From positions 11,581-75,580 of the forward strand of contig JAZDEG010000010.1 of the NCBI GenBank assembly GCA_043809085.1: DNA of 64,000 nt. The letters are read 5' to 3'. Shown in pieces: positions 1 through 8,308 of the stretch. The notes under the pieces were generated by a model. It did not search any database and was not told where the DNA came from. It saw nothing but the letters and a program-made list of their open reading frames with translations. Both the position numbers and the translations under genes were made by a program. This stretch comes from Pseudomonadota bacterium. GTDB taxonomy: Bacteria; Desulfobacterota; Desulfobulbia; Desulfobulbales; SURF-16. Position 1 is the stretch's first letter. Each line of letters begins with the position of its first letter.

Positions 1-618
1 ATCGAAAAACGTCATACCGCCGAGCAGCAGCAGGAGTATCTGGATCAGGGTAAAAAGCACATAGACGGCCCACAGGATGCGTGCGGTATCCTGAATCCTC
101 GGCGCCAGACGATCCTTGGTTGGCCCGGGCATCTCAGCCTGGAAAAGCTGGGTGCCGCCCACGCCCAGCAGAGGCATAATGGCAAGGGAAAGGACAATAA
201 TTCCCATGCCGCCCATCCAATGGGTCGTTGCTCGCCAGAAAAGCATGCTCTTCGGCAGAATTTCGACCTCGTTTAAAATGGTGGAACCGGTGGTGGTGAA
301 GCCTGACATGGATTCGAAAAAACAGTCCACATAGGCGGGCATGGCGCCGCAGAAATAATAGGGCAGAGAACCAAGGAAGGCCAGCCCCAGCCAGCTCAGC
401 ACGACAACGGCAAAGCCGTCACGGTAGCCCAGATCCTTTTCAGGGGCAAACAGCCATACGGTGAGACCGCCCAGCGCTGCGCCGATGAGGGAACTGAGCA
501 GAAAAACCCGCACCATGCCGTCCTGGTAATAGAGACTGAACGGAATCGGAGTCAGCAGGAAAAGGGAAATCAGAATCAGCAGTTTGCCGATTATATTGAG
601 GACACCGCCGGTTCGCAT
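1..618 (-). CDS. trkH: Potassium uptake protein TrkH, N-terminal part (gene runs off the window edge)
   Basis: My own minus-strand translation from the ATG at 618 reads MRTGGVLNIIGKLLILISLFLL...FESMSGFTTTGSTILNEVEILPKSMLFWRATTHWMGGMGIIVLSLAIMPLLGVGGTQLFQAEMPGP, a typical TrkH/KtrB signature. It starts 8 nt after the trkA stop. It is open-ended, so it is absent from the ORF track. Confidence 0.85.
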   Translation of the reverse strand, partial: MRTGGVLNIIGKLLILISLFLLTPIPFSLYYQDGMVRVFLLSSLIGAALGGLTVWLFAPEKDLGYRDGFAVVVLSWLGLAFLGSLPYYFCGAMPAYVDCFFESMSGFTTTGSTILNEVEILPKSMLFWRATTHWMGGMGIIVLSLAIMPLLGVGGTQLFQAEMPGPTKDRLAPRIQDTARILWAVYVLFTLIQILLLLLGGMTFFD

Positions 619-626
619 ATGTTTTG

Positions 627-1973
627 CTACTCAAAAAAGGCTTCGACCTTGGAGATGGCTTCCTTGGCAAAAAAGACGACCAAGTTGTCGCCTTCCTCAA
701 GCGTGGTCTCACCGGACGGAATGATGACCCTGCGTTTGCGGACGACGGCGCCGAGGACGGCGTCCCGGGGAAATTTCATTGCCTTCAAGGGCAGGCCGAG
801 AAATTTCGCCTTTTCGGTGACCATAATTTCCATCACCTCGGCATCGCTGCCCAGCAGGGTGGCAACCGCGACAATGTTGCCGGAGCCGCGGACAAAACGG
901 AGAATCATATTTGCTGCGACCAGACGCGGACTCAAGGGTACGTCAATCCCCAGCTTGCCCAACAGGGGAAGAAAATCGGGCCGAGTGATTTTGGTGATAC
1001 ACTTGCGGGCGCCGTGGTGCTTGGCCAGCAGGCTTGACAGGATGTTGGTGGTGTCGCTGTGGGTGGCGGCAATGACCAGATCGGCCTGATCAACACCCTC
1101 CTCCAGCAGCTCATGGGAATCAAGCCCGTCGAAGTTGAGGATCACCGAGTTTTCCAGCTGCTCGGTGAGAAACTCGCATCGCTTCTGGTCACGATCGACA
1201 ATACTCACCGTGACTTTCTTTTTTTCCATCCTCTTTGCCACCTGATAACCTATGGTGCCGCCGCCGATGATAAAGACTTTTTTGGGAGCCCTGCTGGTAA
1301 AATGAAAAAGGGCTTCAACCTCGGCAATGTCCTTTTTCTGGGCAACGAGAAAGATTTTGTCCCCTGCTTCTATCTTGTCGTCACCGCGGGGAATGATTGT
1401 GAGGCCGTCCCGGATGATGGCAACGATGAGGAAATTGTTACGTAGCTTCATGCCATGCATCTGGTGCAGGGTGACGCCGATCATCGGATTACCCTTGTAT
1501 ACTTCGTAACCCAGCAGTTCTACCTGACCACCGGCAAATTCGGCAACGGCAAAGGCGTTGGAAATCTGGCTCAATGTCATGATTTCGTCCGCCATGGCAA
1601 TATCCGGACTGATGAGGAGATCAATCCCCAAAGCCTTTTCATTCAAGGCCTCACCGGAGCTGTAGAAATCCTCGTTGCGAACCCGGGCGATGCGGCTTTT
1701 CACATTGTACTGTTTGGACAGAATACAGGCGATGAGATTGACCTCATCGCTGTCGGTGACGGCAATGAAAAGGTCGGTCTGTTTGATGCCCGCCTCTTCA
1801 AGCACTCTGGCTGAAGCGCCGCTGCCCCGCATGGGCAGGATGTTCAAGTCCCGTTCAAGTTTCCGCAGTTTGGTTTCATCACTGTCCACAAGGACGACTT
1901 CCTGGCCTTCAACAGAGAGTTTTTCACAGAGGTAGTGGCCGACCTGACCGGCACCGACAATCATTATACGCAT
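627..1973 (-). CDS. trkA: Trk system potassium uptake protein TrkA (two RCK/NAD-binding repeats)
   Basis: 448 aa with two Rossmann motifs (MIVGAGQVGHYL and VFIIGGGTIGYQVA), each followed by an RCK_C-like segment. It lies immediately upstream of trkH. Confidence 0.9.
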   Translation of the reverse strand: MRIMIVGAGQVGHYLCEKLSVEGQEVVLVDSDETKLRKLERDLNILPMRGSGASARVLEEAGIKQTDLFIAVTDSDEVNLIACILSKQYNVKSRIARVRNEDFYSSGEALNEKALGIDLLISPDIAMADEIMTLSQISNAFAVAEFAGGQVELLGYEVYKGNPMIGVTLHQMHGMKLRNNFLIVAIIRDGLTIIPRGDDKIEAGDKIFLVAQKKDIAEVEALFHFTSRAPKKVFIIGGGTIGYQVAKRMEKKKVTVSIVDRDQKRCEFLTEQLENSVILNFDGLDSHELLEEGVDQADLVIAATHSDTTNILSSLLAKHHGARKCITKITRPDFLPLLGKLGIDVPLSPRLVAANMILRFVRGSGNIVAVATLLGSDAEVMEIMVTEKAKFLGLPLKAMKFPRDAVLGAVVRKRRVIIPSGETTLEEGDNLVVFFAKEAISKVEAFFE

Positions 1974-1974
1974 A

Positions 1975-2793
1975 TCAGTTACTTTTCTTCTCCCAGGAGA
2001 TCACTGCCCATTTGATCGGGGTCTTTCTTTTCAGGCTCCAAGCGCCTGTGTCATCAAGTTGCAAACGTTCGCCGACATGGAGATCAAGCAATTTTTCCTC
2101 ATCGGCTGTCAGATCATCAAGCATCCAGCGGCAGCTTCTCAGGGCATCTTCTTTGTCAGTGAAGGTTTTTCGAGGATCCAACACAATATAATCGATTGTA
2201 GGATGAATCCCCATCCGGTGCAAGAGATTCACCGTGAAAATATAGTCTGGTCCCGGGTCGAAATTTCTGCCGATTGCGGCAAAGATATCAGGATCAAAGG
2301 GCCCACAGCCCACTCGATCGACAATGAACACCTTTTTAAGGGCCCATCTGTCCAGCTTTTCCAGGGCTTCTTTCAGGTCAAAGACGGAAAGGGATCGTGA
2401 GCTGACGGTGACATCATGGACCGGAATGGCGAGCTCACTCCAGTCATCCGTCCAGCTGGCCTGAATGGTTTTTATGTTGGATATCCGTTTTCCCGTGGCC
2501 CGGTTTTCGAGTTCATCCAGCATGGCGGCGGAAAAATCAATGGCCGTCACGGATTTGACCAGGTGAGCCAGGGGGAGGGCCAGGGTCCCCGGACCGCAGC
2601 CGACATCAAGCACACTCCAGTCGGCTTCCGGCTGCATCAGCCGAAGAAATTTATCCGCATAGTCCGAGTCGATATTGCGTTTAGCAAAGCCCGCCGCTCT
2701 TTTATCCCACGACTCATTGTCTTTTTTTTTCCAGCTTTTCCGCAGGCGGGCTTCCTGCCACATTCTGTTCCAGTCAATGTCGTCTAGTCGCAT
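1975..2793 (-). CDS. Class I SAM-dependent methyltransferase
   Basis: 272 aa with SAM motif I VLDVGCGPGTLALPLA and an acidic post-I residue (AIDFS). The substrate cannot be inferred. Confidence 0.7.
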   Translation of the reverse strand: MRLDDIDWNRMWQEARLRKSWKKKDNESWDKRAAGFAKRNIDSDYADKFLRLMQPEADWSVLDVGCGPGTLALPLAHLVKSVTAIDFSAAMLDELENRATGKRISNIKTIQASWTDDWSELAIPVHDVTVSSRSLSVFDLKEALEKLDRWALKKVFIVDRVGCGPFDPDIFAAIGRNFDPGPDYIFTVNLLHRMGIHPTIDYIVLDPRKTFTDKEDALRSCRWMLDDLTADEEKLLDLHVGERLQLDDTGAWSLKRKTPIKWAVISWEKKSN

Positions 2794-2809
2794 GGGAGAA
2801 GCATCCGGC

Positions 2810-3124
2810 TCAATCTTTGATCTTGGAGCGCAAATCAGGCATGGTTTCAGGTTTTCGGGAATCCCAGATTTTGCTTTCTTTGCCGGTTGCGGTCACGTTT
2901 TCATAAACGCCATTATCCCGGCGCACCAGCTTGGTAAAGCCAAGGCTTTTCAAGTCACTGTTGGTCTTCGGGGTGCTGATGGAACAAAGGGAGATGAGAC
3001 GTTTAACCGGATTGCCGCATTGCGGACACTGGGTCAGCTTAGGGCTTGAAAGGGACTGACTGATCTCGAAACGCGCTCCAAAGGAACAACTCTGGTCGAT
3101 ATGTTCGTATTCGTAAAGCGGCAT
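2810..3124 (-). CDS. FmdB-family zinc-ribbon-like small protein
   Basis: 104 aa. The N-terminus MPLYEYEH...SC..GARFEISQ....CPQCGNPVKRLIS resembles the FmdB/CxxC_CxxC_SSSS family, although the first Cys pair is degenerate. Confidence 0.5.
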   Translation of the reverse strand: MPLYEYEHIDQSCSFGARFEISQSLSSPKLTQCPQCGNPVKRLISLCSISTPKTNSDLKSLGFTKLVRRDNGVYENVTATGKESKIWDSRKPETMPDLRSKIKD

Positions 3125-3133
3125 ATGCCAACG

Positions 3134-3829
3134 CTATTTTTTCCTTAACCGGTTAATGAGAATTGTCAATTCACCATCCGGGGACATCATCTTCCTGGCG
3201 CTGACCGCTATCACATACTTATTCTTGGCAAGGTCAAGAAATTTCGGCACACTTTTGCGGCGGACGTCGTGGGCAATGTAAATCGTCCCCTCCTGCGCCA
3301 AATAGGTATCAAACACGTTGAGCAGCGGCTGGAAGAATTCATCGCGAAAAAGAATCTCCGCGCCGATAATAATATCAAAGGGGGCAATCTCAGGCGGATT
3401 TTTCCAGTCAATGATTCTGAAATCAACATCGGTCAAGCCGTTTGCCGCAGCGCTGACCCGTTGAAAATCGAGAATATGGGGCTCGTAATCACTCAATGTG
3501 ACCTTATACCCCCTGGCCGCGGCAACAAGTCCGGGGGCGGCAAGACCAGCGCCAAGTTCAAGCACTCTTTGCCCGGGTTGGGGGGGAATGGAGGCCATGA
3601 TATCGGACAGCAGCAAAGACGCTTCCCACAGTTTGACCCAGAAGGGGAAAGTCGAAACATCTGCAAAGGGGTCACGGCCTGCCAGCAAGTGTTCCAAATC
3701 CGTTACCTGCAGAATTTTCAGATCAAGATCCCTGATCCGCAGAGACTCAAACCCCACTTTATACTCTTTTCTGATTCTCTTCAGGATATTTTTTGCTTTT
3801 TCAGGCAGATTGTTTGTTTCCACGTTCAA
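3134..3829 (-). CDS. Class I SAM-dependent methyltransferase (protein-lysine MTase-like)
   Basis: 231 aa with motif VLELGAGLAAPGLVAAARG followed by VTLSDYEP and IIGAEILF, which resembles the Methyltransf_16 type. Confidence 0.6.
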   Translation of the reverse strand: MNVETNNLPEKAKNILKRIRKEYKVGFESLRIRDLDLKILQVTDLEHLLAGRDPFADVSTFPFWVKLWEASLLLSDIMASIPPQPGQRVLELGAGLAAPGLVAAARGYKVTLSDYEPHILDFQRVSAAANGLTDVDFRIIDWKNPPEIAPFDIIIGAEILFRDEFFQPLLNVFDTYLAQEGTIYIAHDVRRKSVPKFLDLAKNKYVIAVSARKMMSPDGELTILINRLRKK

Positions 3830-3898
3830 TTGACCTTTTAATCAGATTTGATGATGCAGTCGCGTGACCGCCCCCCCAGGGCATGTCTGCATCTTGTT

Positions 3899-4708
3899 TT
3901 AATAGCCGAGCAGCAGGGCAATCACGACCACTGCCGAAAGGGCAAAACGGTAATAGGCAAAAACGGCCAGACTTTTTGTACGGATAAACCGCATGAGCAG
4001 GGCAATGACGAAATAACCGGAAATAGCCGATGAAAAAAAGCCGGTCAGATAAAAAAGAATTTCGCTTTGGTCAAGTCCCTGGCTGAAAATTCCCGGAATT
4101 TTATAGACCCCTGCGCCGAAAATAATCGGTGCGGACAGCAAAAAGGAAAAACGGGCGCTTGTAGAACGGTTCAAGCCGAGAAAAAGGCCTGCGGTCATGG
4201 TGCTTCCGCTTCTGGACACACCGGGAATCAAAGCCAATGCCTGGGAAAAGCCGATGATCAGAGTGTCGCTGAGGGTGATTGACGAATAATCACGGATCCG
4301 GCTCCCCCTTTTCTCGGCAAGCCAGAGAAAAAAACCTGCCGCTGACAGTGTAAAGGCGATGGTAACCGGGCCTCGAAAATACTGTTCAGCCGCATGCCCC
4401 CAGAGCAGACCGGCAACAACCGCCGGAATGGTGGCAATGCAGATAAAGAGGCACATGCGTTTCCGTTGGAGAGCTTCTTCGCTGCGGGAACGCCCGAGAA
4501 GGGCGAGGATCAGGTCGGTGAAATCCTGGCGGAAGTATACCAGTATGGCGATCAGTGTTCCCATGTGGAGCGCTATGTCAAAGGTCAGCCCGGCCTCTTC
4601 GATATGAAAAAAGGCCTCGGCCAACGCCAGATGACCGGAGCTCGACACCGGAAGAAATTCCGTTGCGCCCTGAAGAATGCCAAGAAAAGCGGCATAAAGT
4701 AAATTCAC
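3899..4708 (-). CDS. uppP: Undecaprenyl-diphosphate phosphatase (BacA/UppP)
   Basis: 269 aa polytopic membrane protein. It has the signature EFLPVSSSGHL near the N-terminus and PGVSRSGSTM in the second half. Confidence 0.9.
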   Translation of the reverse strand: MNLLYAAFLGILQGATEFLPVSSSGHLALAEAFFHIEEAGLTFDIALHMGTLIAILVYFRQDFTDLILALLGRSRSEEALQRKRMCLFICIATIPAVVAGLLWGHAAEQYFRGPVTIAFTLSAAGFFLWLAEKRGSRIRDYSSITLSDTLIIGFSQALALIPGVSRSGSTMTAGLFLGLNRSTSARFSFLLSAPIIFGAGVYKIPGIFSQGLDQSEILFYLTGFFSSAISGYFVIALLMRFIRTKSLAVFAYYRFALSAVVVIALLLGY

Positions 4709-4761
4709 GTGAAATATTCCGAATTCCCTACGATAGAGGACAGCAGCCTGATGAATAAAAT

Positions 4762-4802
4762 AAAAAAGACCGTTTCATCCGAAGATCAAACGGCCTTTTT
4801 TT
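4762..4802 (-). terminator. Rho-independent terminator downstream of the small exported-protein gene (symmetric, could act in both directions)
   Basis: Stem 4770-4779 / 4784-4793 (ccgttt.atc / gat.aaacgg) is flanked by an A-run (4762-4767) and a T-run (4796-4802). It lies 25 nt after the stop at 4827. Confidence 0.7.
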
Positions 4803-4826
4803 ATTATCGGTTAAGCAGGTAAGGTA

Positions 4827-5033
4827 TTAGCAACCCTCGATCGCTTTGCCTTTCTTTGCTTTTACTTCTACGGCATCACCGGCTTTCAGGTCGCTAGCGC
4901 CGTCGCAGGTCATGGTTACTTTGTCGCCTTCAACGCTGTCTACGGTGCATTTAATTTTAGCAGCCATGGATACGGTTGCGGTGCTTGCGATGAAAGCTGC
5001 GGCCAGGACCAGAGTCAAAAGTTTTTTGCTCAT
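4827..5033 (-). CDS. Small exported Cys-containing protein (68-aa precursor, about 44-aa mature)
   Basis: The ORF track gives 84 aa from 5081. The internal ATG at 5033 has an AAGGAG Shine-Dalgarno 8 nt upstream and yields a classical signal peptide MSKKLLTLVLAAAFIASTATVSMA|AKIK. The mature part has 3 Cys and ends in EGC. I recognise no family. Confidence 0.6.
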   Translation of the reverse strand: MSKKLLTLVLAAAFIASTATVSMAAKIKCTVDSVEGDKVTMTCDGASDLKAGDAVEVKAKKGKAIEGC

Positions 5034-5197
5034 TTTTTTCTCCTTTTGGTGTTGTTTCGGATCTAAAAAGTTTATACCCAATTAACCCTACAGTCGACAA
5101 ATATACTTTGTCGCGGCGAGATGTCAACCGTAAAATGAATGGAGGCTCATGTGCAGAGGGCAACCCTTCTTCCCGCCGGGTTGCCGTTTTCACGCCA

Positions 5198-5698
5198 TTA
5201 CTGGATGATCTGCTTGATATCCTCGACAAAAACCGTGTGCGTTACATAGCCCGGATAACTTTTTACGATATTGCCGTCCCGGTTGATCAAAAAAGAGGTG
5301 GGAATGCCGACAATACCGCCGAAATCACGGGTCACATCCGTGTCCGCCATCAGCACCGGATAATTGATACCGGTTTTTTCAATTACTTTTTTCACCTGCT
5401 TCGTCCCGTCCTGGTCAACGGAGATAGCCACTACGGAAAAACCGTTTTTGCCGTATTCATCCTGCAGATCGATAAGAGAAGGAATTTCCTGCAGACAGGG
5501 GGGACACCAGGTGGCGAAAAAGGTGACGAGCATTACCTTTCCCTTAAACTCTTCGCTGTTAATGTTTTTACCGTCAGCCACGGATTCAAGGGAAAAATTC
5601 GGCATGGCCGTTCCGGCCAGGGCAGAGAAAGCCGGAAAAAGAGCAAGCAAAAAAACAGCGAAAGAAAAGTGTATTTTATTGAGTAAATATTTTTTCAT
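5198..5698 (-). CDS. TlpA/ResA-family periplasmic thiol:disulfide oxidoreductase
   Basis: 166 aa with an N-terminal signal/anchor and the thioredoxin active site FFATWCPPCLQEIP. Confidence 0.85.
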   Translation of the reverse strand: MKKYLLNKIHFSFAVFLLALFPAFSALAGTAMPNFSLESVADGKNINSEEFKGKVMLVTFFATWCPPCLQEIPSLIDLQDEYGKNGFSVVAISVDQDGTKQVKKVIEKTGINYPVLMADTDVTRDFGGIVGIPTSFLINRDGNIVKSYPGYVTHTVFVEDIKQIIQ

Positions 5699-5856
5699 TA
5701 TTTCACCATATGAAGTAGAACTCTAAGAACGGGGCAGTGATACCCGGACGGAATTTCATTTAAGAATGATTACAAATTAAGAGAGCACTAAAATACTCAA
5801 AAGGTTCAATTAATGTCAACAAAAAGATCCATGCCTTTCGCATTTCAGGTGTAAAC

Positions 5857-7287
5857 GTGAGTTCAGGTGGCAAAAAATGGCTTGTTTTTCTCGTAGTTAG
5901 CCTCGGGGTTTTTCTTTCCACCCTGGACAGCTCCATGGTTAATATCGCTCTTCCAGCGATCATGGCAGAATTCGGATCCCCCCTGCACAAAACCGAATGG
6001 GTGGTGATGTCTTATCTGCTCACCACCAGTACGACACTTCTTGTCTGGGGTCATTTTTCCGACCGGCTGGGCAGAAACAGATTTTACGGAGTGGGTTTTC
6101 TCGTTTTCGGAATCGGCTCCCTTTTTTGCGCCTTTGCCCAGACCCTGAACATGCTGATAGCCGCCCGATTTTTTCAGGCCCTGGGGGCGGCCATGTTGAT
6201 GGCAAACGGCCCGGCCCTCATCAGGCAGGCCTTTCCTCCGGAAAAACTTGGCCGCAGCATGGGTTTTGTCGGTATCCCCGTTTCTCTCGGTTTGATGAGC
6301 GGGCCTGTTGTCGGTGGGTATCTCATCGAGTTTTTTTCCTGGCGAGCCCTTTTCCTTCTTTCCCTGCCGGTCTGTTTACTGTTTGCGCCTCTTTCCCAAT
6401 TTGTCCTGCCCGCTAATCCGTCGGCGAACACGTCATCACGGGAATTTGACTGGTCAGGGGCGATACTGTGGGCACTCCTGCTTGGCGCAGTTTCATTTTC
6501 GCTCACCCATGCCGTGCAGAAAGGTGTTTCCTGGTGGATGACAGCGTTTCTCGTCACTGTTTCCCTGCTTGCCGGGATTTTTTTTATCAAGGTTGAAACA
6601 GAAGCTGTTGATCCGGTTCTCCCACTTGCGCTCCTGAAAAAACCCTTTTTTTTCATCGGAGTCATGAGCGCATTGCTTTCCTTTCTGCTGCTTTTTGCTG
6701 TTCTGATTCTCATTCCCTTTTATCTTGATCGTGTCTTGGGATTAAGCCCTTCACGTATCGGCCTTGTGATGTTGACCATCCCTTTGACTGTCCTGCTGGT
6801 AGCGCCACTTGCCGGCTGGTTGTCGGATTCCCTGGGGGCAAAAATCCTTTCCACCCTGGGCCTTGCCTGTTCCTGCCTGGGACTTCTCCTGCTGGCCTTC
6901 CTTTCACCCCAATCGTCGTCCTGGGGTGTAGCCATACGATTGATGTTTCTCGGTATCGGCCAGGCCATGTTTCTTTCCCCCAACAGTGCTTCAGTGCTCG
7001 GCCGGCTGGACGACAAAAAAAGCGGTACTGCAGCAGCACTGCTCGCCACGGCACGAAATCTCGGCATGATGCTTGGTGTTGCGCTGGCCGGACTGGCGTT
7101 TTCCTTTTTTTTCCGCCTCTCTTCCGGCGGATACGACATGCTCCATTATGAGGAGCATATGGCCAATAATTTCTGCCAGGCACTCCAGGGCACATTCCTG
7201 CTTTTCCTGATTGCCGGTCTCTATTCCGTTTATCTTTCCTGGCAGCGCCCTTTTTTTGTTACAAAAACGGGGGGGATCAGACGTTGA
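5857..7287 (+). CDS. MFS transporter, DHA2 (EmrB/QacA, 14-TMS) type
   Basis: 476 aa starting at GTG. The N-terminus VSLGVFLSTLDSSMVNIALP and the motif-A-like GHFSDRLGRNRF are typical of DHA2 drug:H+ antiporters. Confidence 0.8.
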   Translation: MSSGGKKWLVFLVVSLGVFLSTLDSSMVNIALPAIMAEFGSPLHKTEWVVMSYLLTTSTTLLVWGHFSDRLGRNRFYGVGFLVFGIGSLFCAFAQTLNMLIAARFFQALGAAMLMANGPALIRQAFPPEKLGRSMGFVGIPVSLGLMSGPVVGGYLIEFFSWRALFLLSLPVCLLFAPLSQFVLPANPSANTSSREFDWSGAILWALLLGAVSFSLTHAVQKGVSWWMTAFLVTVSLLAGIFFIKVETEAVDPVLPLALLKKPFFFIGVMSALLSFLLLFAVLILIPFYLDRVLGLSPSRIGLVMLTIPLTVLLVAPLAGWLSDSLGAKILSTLGLACSCLGLLLLAFLSPQSSSWGVAIRLMFLGIGQAMFLSPNSASVLGRLDDKKSGTAAALLATARNLGMMLGVALAGLAFSFFFRLSSGGYDMLHYEEHMANNFCQALQGTFLLFLIAGLYSVYLSWQRPFFVTKTGGIRR

Positions 7288-8308
7288 CGTCAATGAGTGA
7301 AAAACGATTAATTGATGCCTTTTGCTCCAATTTTTCTTTCAGTTGCGAAACGATGTTTTGGGTCTCAACACGGCAGGAAAAGGCAACCGGGTGATACCCG
7401 CGGACTTCAAGAATGCGGCAGAGTTCCGGCACATTGGCCGACATATGGTGGCGGGCTTTTTCGGACTGCAGGCAGAATTCTCCGCTTATTGCCTTGTCTG
7501 CCACGGAGGCATGGATGGCAAGCGGACCAATCCCGCTCATATCAAGAAAGAAACTCAAGGCAAAGCTCTCCCTGCCCTTTTGATCTTCATTCCTTTCCAG
7601 GGCCAGAAGCCATTCACCTCCGCCTGTGTTGCCTGCGAAAAAACAGGGAAAGAGGTAAAAATTCGGATTGCCGCCCTGGGGCGGCTGGCTGTTTAAATCC
7701 TGATGGACAGCCATGAGCCTGGTCTGCCTGTCGGAAGAATGGGTTCCCATTTCCTCAACCGTTTTTATCCGAGTAAAGCCGGCCAGCAGATCAAAAATTT
7801 CTTTTTTGGTCGCCGGATGGCCGCTCAACAGTGTTGTGAGAACCTTCACCACCTCAGAATCCGGTTCGCCGGAGATCACTGCAGAGATCAGACCTGTTGG
7901 AATCGTCCGTCCTTGCATCTCCTGAGCCAAAGGCGCCAGCAGGGATATGGGCGTCTTCCCCACCGGCTCTTCCGCCGAGGCGAAAGTTCCGGACAGGAAA
8001 ATTTTCAGGAAATCATGTACAGCGCCTTTTTTCCCGGCAAGAGCAAGAAGCGGCAGACCGCCTCCTTTGCCTACTTCCAGCCAGAGTTCGCTGCCGACCT
8101 TGAGCTCAATCAGGCTTTGCGCGGTTAGTATTTTACCGTTTACATCGAGAACGACTTTTCCGTCGCCGGTAAGTCCCATTACCTTCGCTTTGATGAGATC
8201 GCCTTGGTTGAATTTCGGAAGAGTGTCCTGACTTTTGCTTGTGTCGCCCCTCTGTGTGATCAGGGTTGTCTTTGCGGGGAAGGGCTGCGGGGTTTCAGAT
8301 ATTTTCAT
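7277..8308 (-). CDS. Hypothetical protein with FliK-like (hook-length-control-like) architecture
   Basis: 343 aa. The N-terminal segment reads GDLIKAKVMGLTGDGKVVLDVNGKILTAQSLIELKVGSELWLEV. The C-terminal segment (ALSFFLDMSGIGPLAIHASVADKAISGEFCLQSEKARHHM...L...L) resembles a Flg_hook domain. The start overlaps the stop of the upstream kinase gene by 14 nt. Confidence 0.35.
   Translation of the reverse strand: MKISETPQPFPAKTTLITQRGDTSKSQDTLPKFNQGDLIKAKVMGLTGDGKVVLDVNGKILTAQSLIELKVGSELWLEVGKGGGLPLLALAGKKGAVHDFLKIFLSGTFASAEEPVGKTPISLLAPLAQEMQGRTIPTGLISAVISGEPDSEVVKVLTTLLSGHPATKKEIFDLLAGFTRIKTVEEMGTHSSDRQTRLMAVHQDLNSQPPQGGNPNFYLFPCFFAGNTGGGEWLLALERNEDQKGRESFALSFFLDMSGIGPLAIHASVADKAISGEFCLQSEKARHHMSANVPELCRILEVRGYHPVAFSCRVETQNIVSQLKEKLEQKASINRFSLIDVNV

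Noticed and set aside
5034-5081. 16-codon N-terminal extension of the small exported protein (84-aa version)
   Set aside because: The internal ATG at 5033 has an AAGGAG Shine-Dalgarno at ideal spacing and yields a canonical signal peptide. The longer form places a charged 16-aa stretch in front of it and has no Shine-Dalgarno.
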